From: Pseudorhodobacter sp.
GTDB taxonomy: Bacteria > Pseudomonadota > Alphaproteobacteria > Rhodobacterales > Rhodobacteraceae
Length of the DNA stretch: 64,000 nt
NCBI GenBank assembly: GCA_031413495.1
Contig: JANOFE010000178.1
Span: 15,888 to 79,887, forward strand
Direction: 5' to 3'
The position numbers and the translations under genes were made by a program. Within the stretch, counting starts at the first letter, position 1; each line of letters opens with the position of its first letter. Shown here in pieces: positions 19,789-29,349 of this stretch. Below the pieces are notes generated by a model. That model saw only the letters and a program-made list of their open reading frames with translations. It did no database searches and was not told the DNA's origin.

Positions 19789-20472
19789 ATGAAACGATCA
19801 CGCATCAATGACATCATGGCAGCGGCGGATGAGATGATTCGCCAGTATGGCTTTGTGTTGCCGCCCTTTGCCTATTGGAGCCCGGACCAGTTCAAGGCGC
19901 GCACCGATGCGGCCCGCATTGTTGACAGCCGGATGGGGTGGGACATTACGGATTACGGGCAGGGGCGATATGATGCGTTGGGCTTGTTTCTGTTCACCCT
20001 GCGCAATGGGCAGCTGGCCGATCTGCAACGCGGTGGCGGCATGTGTTATGCGGAAAAACTGCTGATCTCGAAACAGGATCAGTTGTCGCCAATGCACACC
20101 CATGTGATCAAGGCCGAGGATATTATCAACCGCGGTGGGGCCACGTTGGTGGTGCAATTGTATGGGTCGGATGATGCCGGGGCGTTCGCCTATGACCGGG
20201 GCGGGCGGGTGATCTGCGACGGCATCGCGCGCAGCTATGGCCCCGGGGACAAGCTGCAGTTGGCACCGGGGGAAAGTGTCACCCTGATGCCCGGCGATTG
20301 GCATGCCTTCTGGGGCGAGGGCGGTGACGTTTTGATCGGCGAAGTATCAACCGTCAATGATGATGTGACCGACAATATCTTTCGCGAACCGATTGGCCGC
20401 TTTGCGCAGATAGAGGAAGACGTTGCCCCGACCCATCTGCTGGTCAGTGATTATGAGCGTTGGTTGGGGTGA
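19789..20472 (+). CDS. D-lyxose/D-mannose isomerase family cupin
   Basis: 227 aa. MHTHVIKAEDIINRGGATLV matches the YdaE-type motif (H.H..K.EDIINRGGG). The N-terminal RINDIMAAADEMIRQYGFVLPPFAYWSP is typical of the family. Confidence 0.75.
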   Translation: MKRSRINDIMAAADEMIRQYGFVLPPFAYWSPDQFKARTDAARIVDSRMGWDITDYGQGRYDALGLFLFTLRNGQLADLQRGGGMCYAEKLLISKQDQLSPMHTHVIKAEDIINRGGATLVVQLYGSDDAGAFAYDRGGRVICDGIARSYGPGDKLQLAPGESVTLMPGDWHAFWGEGGDVLIGEVSTVNDDVTDNIFREPIGRFAQIEEDVAPTHLLVSDYERWLG

Positions 20473-20694
20473 ACGCCAGTTTGCCAAGGCAACTTGGCAA
20501 AGGCAATGTGGGTACTTTGGCCCGATGGCACTGATTTTGTTTTTGCCCGATTTTACACGCGTCAAATCGAGCCGCGCCTGACGGCCGGAGGCAGGCGCGT
20601 TTCACGCAGCTAACAGTCAGTCGCGACCCGATTTTCGAACATTTGTTTGCGGCCCGACCTTCCTTGTCCAACAGCCCTTGGCTTTATGGACAGC

Positions 20695-20735
20695 GGCCCA
20701 AAAAACGCGGCCCCGCAGCGTTTTCAGTTTGGGCC
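20695..20735 (-). terminator. terminator-like nested hairpin downstream of the L,D-transpeptidase gene
   Basis: ggcccaaa/tttgggcc is the outer stem and aaaacgc/gcgtttt the inner stem. On the minus strand the 3' arm reads gcgttttttgggcc. It lies 46 nt after the stop at 20781. Confidence 0.35.
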
Positions 20736-20780
20736 GGGGCAAAGCGTTAGTCGCGCGCCTTATTCGGTAGAAGGCACGCC

Positions 20781-21680
20781 TTATGGCGCTGGTTTTGGGC
20801 AGACACCCGCCACCAGCGGCACGGCGCAAACCGGGGTCGTTGCTGCTGGGGCCGCAACCGGGGCTGGCACCACTGCCGGGGTTGCGGCGATCAGGGCGGC
20901 ATCCAGCGGCGGGGCGGTTGGCAGCGCGGGCATGACGGGTTCTGCCGCCGTGACCACGACGACCGGCTTTTTCGCCTTTGGTGCCGGTGGCGGCAATTTC
21001 AGGCCCGAGGGCATCGAGCCATCGGCGTTCAGCACGATGACTTTGGCCCCGGCAGGCACGCGCGAGAACAGATCAATCACATCCTGGTTGATCATCCGGA
21101 TACAGCCTGATGAGGCGTTGGACCCGATGGATTGCCATTCCGGCGTGCCATGGATGCGGTAGCCGTAATCGACACCATTCGAGGTCAGGTACAGCGCGCG
21201 CGCGCCAAGCGGGTTGGTCGGGCCGCCGGGTTGGCCCTTTTCCCATTTGATCAGTTCAGGTTTGCGGGCGATCATTTCTTCTGGCGGCGTCCATGTCGGC
21301 CATTGTTTGCGCTCGGTTACATTGGCCACGCCTGACCATTCGAACCCGGCTTTGCCGACCGCAATGCCGTAGCGGATCGCTTTGTTCTTGCCGGTGATGA
21401 AATGCAAATAGCGCGCACCGGGGTTGATGATGATGGTTCCCGGCGCTTCATCCGTCTGAAAGGCGACGGATTGGCGGCGATACTGGGGGGGCAGCTTTTC
21501 AAGCGGAATGGCGGGAATGCTGAAAGCACCATCTTTGCGCGCCACATAGGCCGCGTCATCGGTTTTGCCAACCGGGGGTGTGGCAAGGCCCGCACCAATG
21601 GCTGAGGGGTCCGGCACGCAAGCCGCAAGACCGCTGCAAACTGCCAGTGCCAAAAGTGCTTTTAACCCACGCCGTATCAT
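20781..21680 (-). CDS. L,D-transpeptidase (YkuD domain) lipoprotein with Pro/Ala-rich tail
   Basis: Lipobox MIRRGLKALLALAVCSGLAAC. The catalytic motif is HGTPEWQSIGSNASSGCIRM. The ORF-track 5' extension to 21809 is rejected. Confidence 0.85.
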   Translation of the reverse strand: MIRRGLKALLALAVCSGLAACVPDPSAIGAGLATPPVGKTDDAAYVARKDGAFSIPAIPLEKLPPQYRRQSVAFQTDEAPGTIIINPGARYLHFITGKNKAIRYGIAVGKAGFEWSGVANVTERKQWPTWTPPEEMIARKPELIKWEKGQPGGPTNPLGARALYLTSNGVDYGYRIHGTPEWQSIGSNASSGCIRMINQDVIDLFSRVPAGAKVIVLNADGSMPSGLKLPPPAPKAKKPVVVVTAAEPVMPALPTAPPLDAALIAATPAVVPAPVAAPAATTPVCAVPLVAGVCPKPAP

Positions 21681-21784
21681 TGAGTGATCCTGTTGCCAGC
21701 AAAACCGGGCGAAAATGCCCGCAATCGACGATCTTTTGCGCAAATTCCGGGCATTTGCGCAAGAGGTGAAACGAACAAACCGGT

Positions 21785-22624
21785 TCAAAGTGTGGTGCGC
21801 AGGTGCCAAAGTTCCGGGAAAAGCTCTATTTCCAGCATCCGGCGCAAATATGCGACGCCTGACGTGCCGCCGGTGCCGCGCTTGAAGCCGATCACCCGTT
21901 CCACGGTGGTGACATGGTTAAAACGCCAGCGGCGGAAGTAATCTTCAAAATCCACCAGTTTTTCGGCCAGCTCATAGGCTTCCCAATGCGCCTGCGGATC
22001 CCGGTAGACACCTTCCCACGCGAGGCGCACGCCGTCATGGGCCTGCCAGGGTTGGGAAATATCGCGCGACAAGACGTCGGTGGGCACCGGGTAGCCCTGG
22101 CGGGCCAGATAGCGCAGCGCCTCATCATACAAAGACGGGCGGGCCAGTTCGGCCTGCAGTTTTTCCATCAGATCCGGGCGGTGGGCATGCGGGCGCAGCA
22201 TGGCCGCATTGCGGTTGCCGACCGCGAATTCGATCAGCCGGTATTGCCAGGATTGAAAGCCGGAGGATTGGCCCAGATCATCGCGAAACCTTGTGTAATC
22301 GGCGGGCGTCATGGTGCGGAGCACGTCCCAGGCATTGTTCAATTGTTCAAATATACGGGCAATTCGGGCCAACATCTTGAACGCCTCGCGCACCCGGTCT
22401 GCCGCGATGGCGCGGCGGGCGGCATCGAGTTCGTGCAGCGCAAGCCGCATCCAAAGTTCCGAGGTCTGGTGCTGTATGATGAACAGCATTTCGTCATGCG
22501 CGCCGGTCAGCAGGTGTTGGGCCGTCAGAATAGCGTCGGTGTGCAGATAATCGCTGTAAGACATGCGGCCGTCGAAGGACATTTCCGCGCCGTCGTCTGA
22601 GGGGTTGTAGGGGCAGGTGGTCAC
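21785..22624 (-). CDS. kynA: tryptophan 2,3-dioxygenase
   Basis: 279 aa. [31 protein letters not shown] and [18 protein letters not shown] are TDO signatures. Confidence 0.92.
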   Translation of the reverse strand: MTTCPYNPSDDGAEMSFDGRMSYSDYLHTDAILTAQHLLTGAHDEMLFIIQHQTSELWMRLALHELDAARRAIAADRVREAFKMLARIARIFEQLNNAWDVLRTMTPADYTRFRDDLGQSSGFQSWQYRLIEFAVGNRNAAMLRPHAHRPDLMEKLQAELARPSLYDEALRYLARQGYPVPTDVLSRDISQPWQAHDGVRLAWEGVYRDPQAHWEAYELAEKLVDFEDYFRRWRFNHVTTVERVIGFKRGTGGTSGVAYLRRMLEIELFPELWHLRTTL

Positions 22625-22781
22625 CTTGTTCTCCTGTTGATGGGGGGATCAGGAAACCGGCTGCACCTGCCAGTTTAGCACAGACAGTATGCCAATGCGC
22701 CGCCACTGGGTCACCCACCCGGCGGGACGGCACAAGGGCGGCAGGGCAACGCCGGCGTCGCGCAAAAGCAACAGCGGGCGG

Positions 22782-23180
22782 TCAATCCGCAGCATAAGCG
22801 TCGATCTCGACCAGCCAAGCGGGATTGGCGAGCCCGGCCACCACAAGAAGGGTCGCGGCAGGGGCAGTGGCATCACCGACCCATGCGTCACGCCGGGCAC
22901 GGTAGGTGGCAATTGCTTCGGGCGAGGCACTGGTCAGGTAGACGACCAGTTTCATCACATTCGCCTTGGTCATCCCTGCACCTGCCAGTCCCGCCGCAAC
23001 ATTGGCGAATGCGGCATCCAACTGCGCCGCTAGTCCGTCGGCAACGCGGCCATCGGCATGCGCGCCGACCTGACCGGACAGGTGAAGGTGTCGGTTTGCA
23101 CCAGTCACCAGCGCCGCATGGCTAAAGCGTGACGATGGCGGCGCAATGCCGGGTGGGTTCCAACGGCGAATCGTGGTCAT
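22782..23180 (-). CDS. ridA: RidA/YjgF family protein
   Basis: 132 aa with a YjgF-like pattern (FSHAALVTGANRHLHLSGQVG ... LVEIDAYA). Its start lies 1 nt after the kynU stop. Confidence 0.85.
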   Translation of the reverse strand: MTTIRRWNPPGIAPPSSRFSHAALVTGANRHLHLSGQVGAHADGRVADGLAAQLDAAFANVAAGLAGAGMTKANVMKLVVYLTSASPEAIATYRARRDAWVGDATAPAATLLVVAGLANPAWLVEIDAYAAD

Positions 23181-23181
23181 G

Positions 23182-24375
23182 TCATGTCACCTTTGCGCGG
23201 GTTTTATAGGCAGGTATGTCCCACAACGATTTGGCCATCACTTCGCCCAGAGTGGCAATGGCGGCGTCAACATCGGCGATACTGATGTAAAGTGGAGTGA
23301 AACCAAAGCGCAGGATGTCGGGGCTGCGGAAATCACCGATGACGCCGCGTGCGATCAGGGCTTGCATGATGGCATAGCCGTTGGGGTTGCGAAACGACAC
23401 CTGGCTGCCGCGCTGTGCAGGATCGCGCGGGGTGGCGAGGGTCAGCGTGGGGCAGGTGGCCTCGACCGCTTTGATGAAGTGATCGGTGAGGGCGAGCGAT
23501 TGGGTGCGCACATCGGCGATATCCGCATGATCCCAGATATCAAGGGCGGCGTCCAAGGCGGCCAGCTGCAGCACAGGCGGAGTGCCCACGCGCATCCGTT
23601 CAATGCCAGCGCCGGGGCGATAAGACGCATCGAAGGCAAAAGGGGCCTCGTGGCCAAGCCACCCCGACAGGGCCGGGCGGGCAGTATCGGCGTGGCGCGG
23701 GGCGACGTAGATGAAGGCGGGGCCGCCGGGGCCGGAGTTGAGGTATTTGTAGGTGCAGCCGACTGCGAAATCCACATCGCAGGTCGCCAGATGCACGGGA
23801 AATGCACCGGCAGAATGGGCCAGATCCCACACTGTCAACGCACCATTGGCATGGGCGCGTGCCGTGAGTGCTGCCATATCATGTTTGCGTCCGGTGCGGT
23901 AATCAACCTCGGTAATCAGGGTCACGGCGATTGTGTCATCAATGGCGTCCGACAGGTTTTCGGGGGCCACGGTTTTCAAACTGTAGCCCTGACCAAGGGT
24001 GCGGCACAGCCCTTCGGCCATATACAAATCCGACGGGAAATTGCCGGTATCGGACAGGATCACGCGGCGGGTGGGGTTCATTTCGAGGGCAGAGGCGAGG
24101 GCTTGATAGACCTTGATCGACAGGGTGTCGCCCATCACCACTGACCCGGCTTCTGCGCCGATCAGCTTGGCGATACGGTCGCCCGTGCGCGAGGGTTGGT
24201 CCATCCAGCCAGCCTTGTTCCAGCCGGTGATCAGCAATTTGCCCCATTCGGCGGTGACGGTGTGGGCCACACGCGCGGCGGCTGTGCCTGGCAGTGGACC
24301 GAGTGAATTGCCATCAAGGTAAATCACGCCGTCCGGCAGATCAAACATGGCGCGGGTGGCGGCGAAATCAGTCAC
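23182..24375 (-). CDS. kynU: kynureninase
   Basis: FDLPDGVIYLDGNSLGPLP is present, and the PLP-lysine context is CTYKYLNSGPGGPAF. I prefer the GTG at 24375 (VTDFAATRAMF) with an AGGAAGG RBS 8 nt upstream. The ORF-track TTG at 24453 and the ATG at 24348 are alternatives. Confidence 0.92.
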   Translation of the reverse strand: MTDFAATRAMFDLPDGVIYLDGNSLGPLPGTAAARVAHTVTAEWGKLLITGWNKAGWMDQPSRTGDRIAKLIGAEAGSVVMGDTLSIKVYQALASALEMNPTRRVILSDTGNFPSDLYMAEGLCRTLGQGYSLKTVAPENLSDAIDDTIAVTLITEVDYRTGRKHDMAALTARAHANGALTVWDLAHSAGAFPVHLATCDVDFAVGCTYKYLNSGPGGPAFIYVAPRHADTARPALSGWLGHEAPFAFDASYRPGAGIERMRVGTPPVLQLAALDAALDIWDHADIADVRTQSLALTDHFIKAVEATCPTLTLATPRDPAQRGSQVSFRNPNGYAIMQALIARGVIGDFRSPDILRFGFTPLYISIADVDAAIATLGEVMAKSLWDIPAYKTRAKVT

Positions 24376-24634
24376 TATGTGGGCCTTCCTTTTTGCGGCA
24401 AGCCTGCCTGTTTTGGAAGGTGGGAGCAATAGCGGCTGGGAATTAAATTTCAAGCTTAAAATGAATTATGGCCACTGGCAGGATGATGCTTAAAAAAACA
24501 TGATCCTGCTTAAAGGTCAAAGTGGTCGCGTGATTGATAAGGAAAACCGGCTTCCACTTTTCCTAATCACGCTCCAGCAGGACTTGCGTTTTGTCTGACC
24601 TGACTGGAAACTTGGCAGAGACAAGGAGACACCG

Positions 24635-25111
24635 ATGGCGGACAGGCCGAAAACACCCCTGCAACGGATCGCGCGCCAGTGGGAAAGCCCGCCTACCTGG
24701 GCCATGGCATGTATCGGGCTGGCATGGGCGCAATCGCGGATTTTGCCGATTTGGCATGCGGGCGCGCTTGGTTTTTGGCTGGGGTCGGCGTTTATTCTGG
24801 CGGGTGTGGTTTTGATGTTGGCGTCATTGCGCCAGTTCAAACGCGCAGGCACCACTGTGATGCCGCGCGAAGAGGCGCGGGTGTTGATCACTGACGGCGT
24901 TTACCGCCTGTCGCGCAACCCGATTTATGTGGCCGATGCGCTGATCATCGCCGGTTTGGCGCTGCAGTGGGATTTGGGGACGCTGGTCTGGGTGGCGGTG
25001 TTTGTTGCGGTGATCGAACGGCGCTTTATAGCGGAAGAAGAGGCAGGCTTGCGCGCAGGTTTTGGCACGCAGTTTGACGATTGGGCAGAAAAAGTCCGCC
25101 GTTGGGTCTGA
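24635..25111 (+). CDS. isoprenylcysteine carboxyl methyltransferase (ICMT/PEMT-like) family membrane protein
   Basis: 158 aa, multi-TM. GVYRLSRNPIYVADALI and FIAEEEAGLRAGFG..F..W are family motifs. Confidence 0.75.
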   Translation: MADRPKTPLQRIARQWESPPTWAMACIGLAWAQSRILPIWHAGALGFWLGSAFILAGVVLMLASLRQFKRAGTTVMPREEARVLITDGVYRLSRNPIYVADALIIAGLALQWDLGTLVWVAVFVAVIERRFIAEEEAGLRAGFGTQFDDWAEKVRRWV

Positions 25112-25253
25112 ACGCGCGACTAAAATCCAATAAAATGTCGGTCAGTCCTTGCAAGCCGACAGGTTTCCTTTGAAATATTGTTGCGCGCCCCTATGACAGA
25201 GGTTGCAAACGGCACGGCTGCGAATGGGCGGCGACAAGGCGGGGGAAGACACA

Positions 25254-26828
25254 GTGAAAATCGGTGCAGCCAAAGAGATTTTTGAGGGTGAGGCCCGTGT
25301 GGCCATGACACCGGATTCGGTGCTTCAACTGGGGAAGCTGGGCCATTCTTGTGTGATTGAGACCGGGGCAGGGGTGCGCGCCGGGTTTTCGGATGCAAGT
25401 TATACGGCGGCGGGGGCTGACGTGGTGAAAACTGCGGCGGCGCTGTTCAAGGCTGCTGATGTGGTGGTCAAGGTGCGCGGGCCTGAGGAGAAAGAGGTCA
25501 AGCTGCTGCGCGAGGGGCAGACGCTGATTTCGTTCTTCTGGCCCGCGCAGAACCCGGATTTGTTGGAGGCGGTGAAGGCGCGCGGCGCGACCGTGGTGGC
25601 AATGGATATGGTGCCGCGCATTTCCCGTGCGCAGAAGATGGATGCGCTGTCGTCGATGGCGAATATCGCGGGCTACCGCGCGGTGATCGAGGCCGGGGGT
25701 AACTTTGGCCGGTTCTTCACGGGGCAGGTGACGGCGGCGGGCAAAGTGCCGCCGGCGAAGGTTTTAATTGTTGGTGCGGGTGTTGCGGGCTTGGCCGCCA
25801 TCGGCACATCGACCAGTCTTGGGGCGATGACCTATGCCTTTGATGTGCGGCCCGAAGTGGCCGAACAGATTGAATCGATGGGGGCGGAGTTTGTCTATCT
25901 GGATTTCGCGGAAGGCCAGACCGATGGTGCTGCAACCGGGGGCTATGCAGCGCCGTCGAGCCCGGAATTTCGTGAAGCGCAGCTGAAGAAATTCCGCGAA
26001 CTGGCCCCGCAAATGGATATCGTGATCACCACCGCGCTGATCCCCGGACGGCCTGCGCCAAAGCTGTGGCTGGCCGATATGGTGGCCATGATGAAGCCCG
26101 GATCGGTTGTGGTTGATCTGGCGGCAGAACGCGGTGGCAACTGTGATCTGACGGTGCCGGACCAAAAGATCGTGTCAGACAATGGCGTCACGGTGGTTGG
26201 CTATACCGATTTCCCAAGCCGGATGGCAGCACAGGCATCGACGCTTTATTCCAATAATATCAGGCATATGCTAACCGATCTTACGCCAAAGAAAGACGGC
26301 GTGATCAACCATAACATGGAAGATGACGTGATCCGGGGGGCGACGGTGGCCCATGCGGGGGCGATTACCTTCCCGCCACCACCACCAAAAATTGCGGCGA
26401 TCGCTGCGGCAAAGCCGAAGCCCAAGGCGGTTGAGTTGACCCCTGTGGAGCGTCGCGCAAAAGAAGTGGCGGTGTTTAAGGCACAGACCAAATCGCAGGT
26501 GGGGTTGCTGGTAGGGGCGGGGCTGTTGCTGGCGCTGATCGGGGCCTATGCGCCGGTTGAGTTCATGCAGCATTTCATCGTATTTGCGCTGGCGTGTTTC
26601 ATCGGGTTTTCGGTGATCTGGAATGTCAGCCACAGCCTGCACACGCCGCTGATGTCGGTGACGAACGCGATTTCGGGAATCGTGATCCTTGGTGCGCTGC
26701 TGCAAATCGGGTCGGGCAACTGGTTGGTGGTAATCCTTGCCGCCATATCGGTGTTGATCGCATCCATCAATATCGTGGGGGGTTTTCTGGTGACACGCCG
26801 GATGCTCGCCATGTTCCAAAAGTCGTAA
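25254..26828 (+). CDS. pntA: NAD(P) transhydrogenase subunit alpha
   Basis: GTG start giving [22 protein letters not shown], with a GGGGGAAG RBS. The NAD-binding motif is [12 protein letters not shown]. It has a C-terminal 4-TM domain. Confidence 0.93.
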   Translation: MKIGAAKEIFEGEARVAMTPDSVLQLGKLGHSCVIETGAGVRAGFSDASYTAAGADVVKTAAALFKAADVVVKVRGPEEKEVKLLREGQTLISFFWPAQNPDLLEAVKARGATVVAMDMVPRISRAQKMDALSSMANIAGYRAVIEAGGNFGRFFTGQVTAAGKVPPAKVLIVGAGVAGLAAIGTSTSLGAMTYAFDVRPEVAEQIESMGAEFVYLDFAEGQTDGAATGGYAAPSSPEFREAQLKKFRELAPQMDIVITTALIPGRPAPKLWLADMVAMMKPGSVVVDLAAERGGNCDLTVPDQKIVSDNGVTVVGYTDFPSRMAAQASTLYSNNIRHMLTDLTPKKDGVINHNMEDDVIRGATVAHAGAITFPPPPPKIAAIAAAKPKPKAVELTPVERRAKEVAVFKAQTKSQVGLLVGAGLLLALIGAYAPVEFMQHFIVFALACFIGFSVIWNVSHSLHTPLMSVTNAISGIVILGALLQIGSGNWLVVILAAISVLIASINIVGGFLVTRRMLAMFQKS

Positions 26829-26839
26829 GGGGATAGGCC

Positions 26840-28273
26840 ATGAGCATTGGTATCGTATCGGCAGCCTATATCGCGGCGGCAGTTTTGTTTATTCTTAGTT
26901 TGGGCGGATTGTCCGGCCAGGAAAGCGCCAAGCGCGCGGTCTGGTATGGCATTGCGGGCATGGCGTTGGCGGTGTTTGCCACCATTGTCAGCCCCGATGT
27001 GGCGAACCTGTGGGTGATCGTTCCAATGGTGGCGATTGGCGCGGTGTTGGGCACCATAGTGGCAACCCGCGTGCAGATGACCGAAATGCCGCAACTGGTG
27101 GCGGCATTGCATTCGTTTGTGGGTCTGGCGGCAGTGTTCATCGGGTTCAACGCCGATATCGAATTGAACCGCGTGCTGGCGATGGATGAGGAAACCCGCA
27201 AGGGGCTTATCGGGTTTGCTAAAAAGCTGGCGGAAAAAGACGGTGTTGAGCAGGCGATTTTGGCGGTTGAGGTGTTTCTTGGCGTGTTCATCGGGGCAGT
27301 GACCTTTACCGGGTCAATTGTCGCCTTCGGCAAATTGGCGGGCAAGGTGGACGGCAAGGCCACCAAGCTGCCGGGCGGGCATATGCTGAATGCAGGGGCT
27401 GCGCTGGGATCGCTGATCCTGTTGGTGCTGTATGTGCAAGGCGCGGGGATCTGGGCGTTGATCCTGATGACGCTGCTGGCGTTTTTCATCGGCTATCACC
27501 TGATCATGGGCATCGGCGGCGCGGATATGCCTGTGGTTGTGTCGATGCTGAACAGCTATTCCGGTTGGGCGGCGGCAGCGATTGGCTTTACCCTTGGCAA
27601 TGATTTGCTGATTGTGACCGGGGCGCTGGTCGGGTCATCCGGTGCTATCCTGAGCTATATTATGTGCAAGGCGATGAACCGGTCGTTCATATCGGTGATC
27701 CTTGGCGGCTTTGGTGGCACCACTGGCCCGGCGATGGAAATCTCGGGTGAACAGATTGCCATTGATGCCGAGGGCGTTGCAGCGGCGTTGAACGATGCGG
27801 ATTCGGTGATCATCATTCCGGGCTACGGCATGGCGGTGGCGCAGGCGCAGCAATCGGTATCGGAGCTGACCCGCAAGTTGCGAAGCGCGGGCAAAACGGT
27901 GCGTTTTGCCATTCATCCGGTGGCGGGGCGTCTGCCGGGGCATATGAACGTGCTGCTGGCCGAAGCGCGGGTGCCCTATGACATCGTGATGGAAATGGAC
28001 GAGATCAACGAAGATTTCCCCACCACCGATGTGGCTATCGTGATCGGCAGCAATGACATCGTGAACCCGGCAGCACAGGAAGACCCCAATTCACCGATTG
28101 CGGGCATGCCGGTGTTGGAATGCTGGAAAGCCAAGCAGGTGTTCGTTAGCAAACGGGGGCAGGGCACAGGCTATTCCGGGATTGAGAACCCGCTGTTTTA
28201 CAAGGAAAATACGCGGATGTTCTACGGCGATGCGAAGAAATCTCTGGATGCATTGTTGCCGATGATCGACTGA
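26840..28273 (+). CDS. pntB: NAD(P) transhydrogenase subunit beta
   Basis: 477 aa with an N-terminal multi-TM domain plus the dIII NADP(H) domain ([32 protein letters not shown]). Confidence 0.95.
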   Translation: MSIGIVSAAYIAAAVLFILSLGGLSGQESAKRAVWYGIAGMALAVFATIVSPDVANLWVIVPMVAIGAVLGTIVATRVQMTEMPQLVAALHSFVGLAAVFIGFNADIELNRVLAMDEETRKGLIGFAKKLAEKDGVEQAILAVEVFLGVFIGAVTFTGSIVAFGKLAGKVDGKATKLPGGHMLNAGAALGSLILLVLYVQGAGIWALILMTLLAFFIGYHLIMGIGGADMPVVVSMLNSYSGWAAAAIGFTLGNDLLIVTGALVGSSGAILSYIMCKAMNRSFISVILGGFGGTTGPAMEISGEQIAIDAEGVAAALNDADSVIIIPGYGMAVAQAQQSVSELTRKLRSAGKTVRFAIHPVAGRLPGHMNVLLAEARVPYDIVMEMDEINEDFPTTDVAIVIGSNDIVNPAAQEDPNSPIAGMPVLECWKAKQVFVSKRGQGTGYSGIENPLFYKENTRMFYGDAKKSLDALLPMID

Positions 28274-28293
28274 AATCTGACAATGATGCAAAG

Positions 28294-28324
28294 AAGCCTC
28301 GCCGTAACAGGCGGGGCTTTTTTT
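28294..28324 (+). terminator. intrinsic terminator after pntB
   Basis: aagcctcgcc-gtaaca-ggcggggctt gives an 8-10 bp stem with one G-U pair, followed by TTTTTTT. It starts 21 nt after the pntB stop. Confidence 0.7.
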
Positions 28325-28399
28325 GGCCAAAACTATACTTTTGTCAGATACCTGTTTCACGATTTAGTGATATAGGGGCAAGCGAAGGCAAGATGTGCG

Positions 28400-29239
28400 A
28401 TGGAGGCTGAGGTGCGGGATCAAACCCTATGGCGCTTGCTGGCGGCCACGGCGGCCATCGAGGTCATGTTTGCAATCTGGCCAACTGTCGACATTGCTGT
28501 ATCGCGGTATTTTCTGCAGGCGGACGGATCATTCTGGTTATCATCCAGCATCCTTGCCGAAGATGTGCGGATGCCGATCTGGTTGGCCAGTGTTGCTTTG
28601 GCCCTTTTGTCGGGCATCATGCTGTGCGCAAGCTTGCTGCGCGGTGCTTTGGCAAAGACCTCTTGGCGGCTGTGGGCCTTTATTGCAACGACCTATGTGC
28701 TTGGGCCGGGTCTTTTGGTGAATGTTATCCTGAAGCAAAACTGGGGTCGCGCCAGACCGTCGACAATTGTAGATTTTGGCGGAGACAAGCTGTTCACCCC
28801 ACCCTTTGAGATCGCCGGTCAATGCGCCCGAAACTGTTCGTTTGTATCGGGTGAAGCTGCCTCTGCTGCGGTGATGGCGATTGTGCTGGCGATCTGTTTT
28901 GGCGGCAGTATCGCAAAACAATGGCGGCCTGTTGCCTATGTCGGGCTTGGTGCGATGTTCATCTTGGCCTCCGGGCTGCGGGTGGCGACGGGGCGGCATT
29001 TTTTGTCAGACGTCATTTTTGCGGGCATGTTTATGCTGATCATCGCGCGGTTGGCCTATCGCGGCTTTGAGGTAGCAGCGCCGCAATCAAAGCGGTTACT
29101 TGCAGATATTTTGGCAGACCTGAAGGGTCCATTCGGGCCTAGCGGGCGGTTGGCAGCGGCCCCCCCCGAACCCCTGCTGCCCGGTGCCGCCATATCGGTG
29201 CAAATTTTAGAACCGCTGCAAAACCCAGTGGCTCCGTAA
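28400..29239 (+). CDS. PAP2-superfamily membrane phosphatase-like protein
   Basis: Multi-TM. Motif 1 is KQNWGRARP. Motif 2 is the variant SFVSGEA. Motif 3 is RVATGRHFLSD. Confidence 0.75.
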   Translation: MEAEVRDQTLWRLLAATAAIEVMFAIWPTVDIAVSRYFLQADGSFWLSSSILAEDVRMPIWLASVALALLSGIMLCASLLRGALAKTSWRLWAFIATTYVLGPGLLVNVILKQNWGRARPSTIVDFGGDKLFTPPFEIAGQCARNCSFVSGEAASAAVMAIVLAICFGGSIAKQWRPVAYVGLGAMFILASGLRVATGRHFLSDVIFAGMFMLIIARLAYRGFEVAAPQSKRLLADILADLKGPFGPSGRLAAAPPEPLLPGAAISVQILEPLQNPVAP

Positions 29240-29349
29240 GGTCGATCTGCTTTGGTATCGGTGTTTTTGACACACCCTGCGGCATGTATTGCGGTTTACA
29301 ATCCCGGCTCACCTCATAGATTGCTGGCAACGCAATAGTCGGATCAAAC

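Noticed and set aside
20647-21162. 171-aa Gly/Ala/Thr-rich plus-strand ORF.
   Set aside because: It is antisense to the Pro/Ala-rich tail and YkuD domain of the L,D-transpeptidase gene. It is a low-complexity mirror translation.
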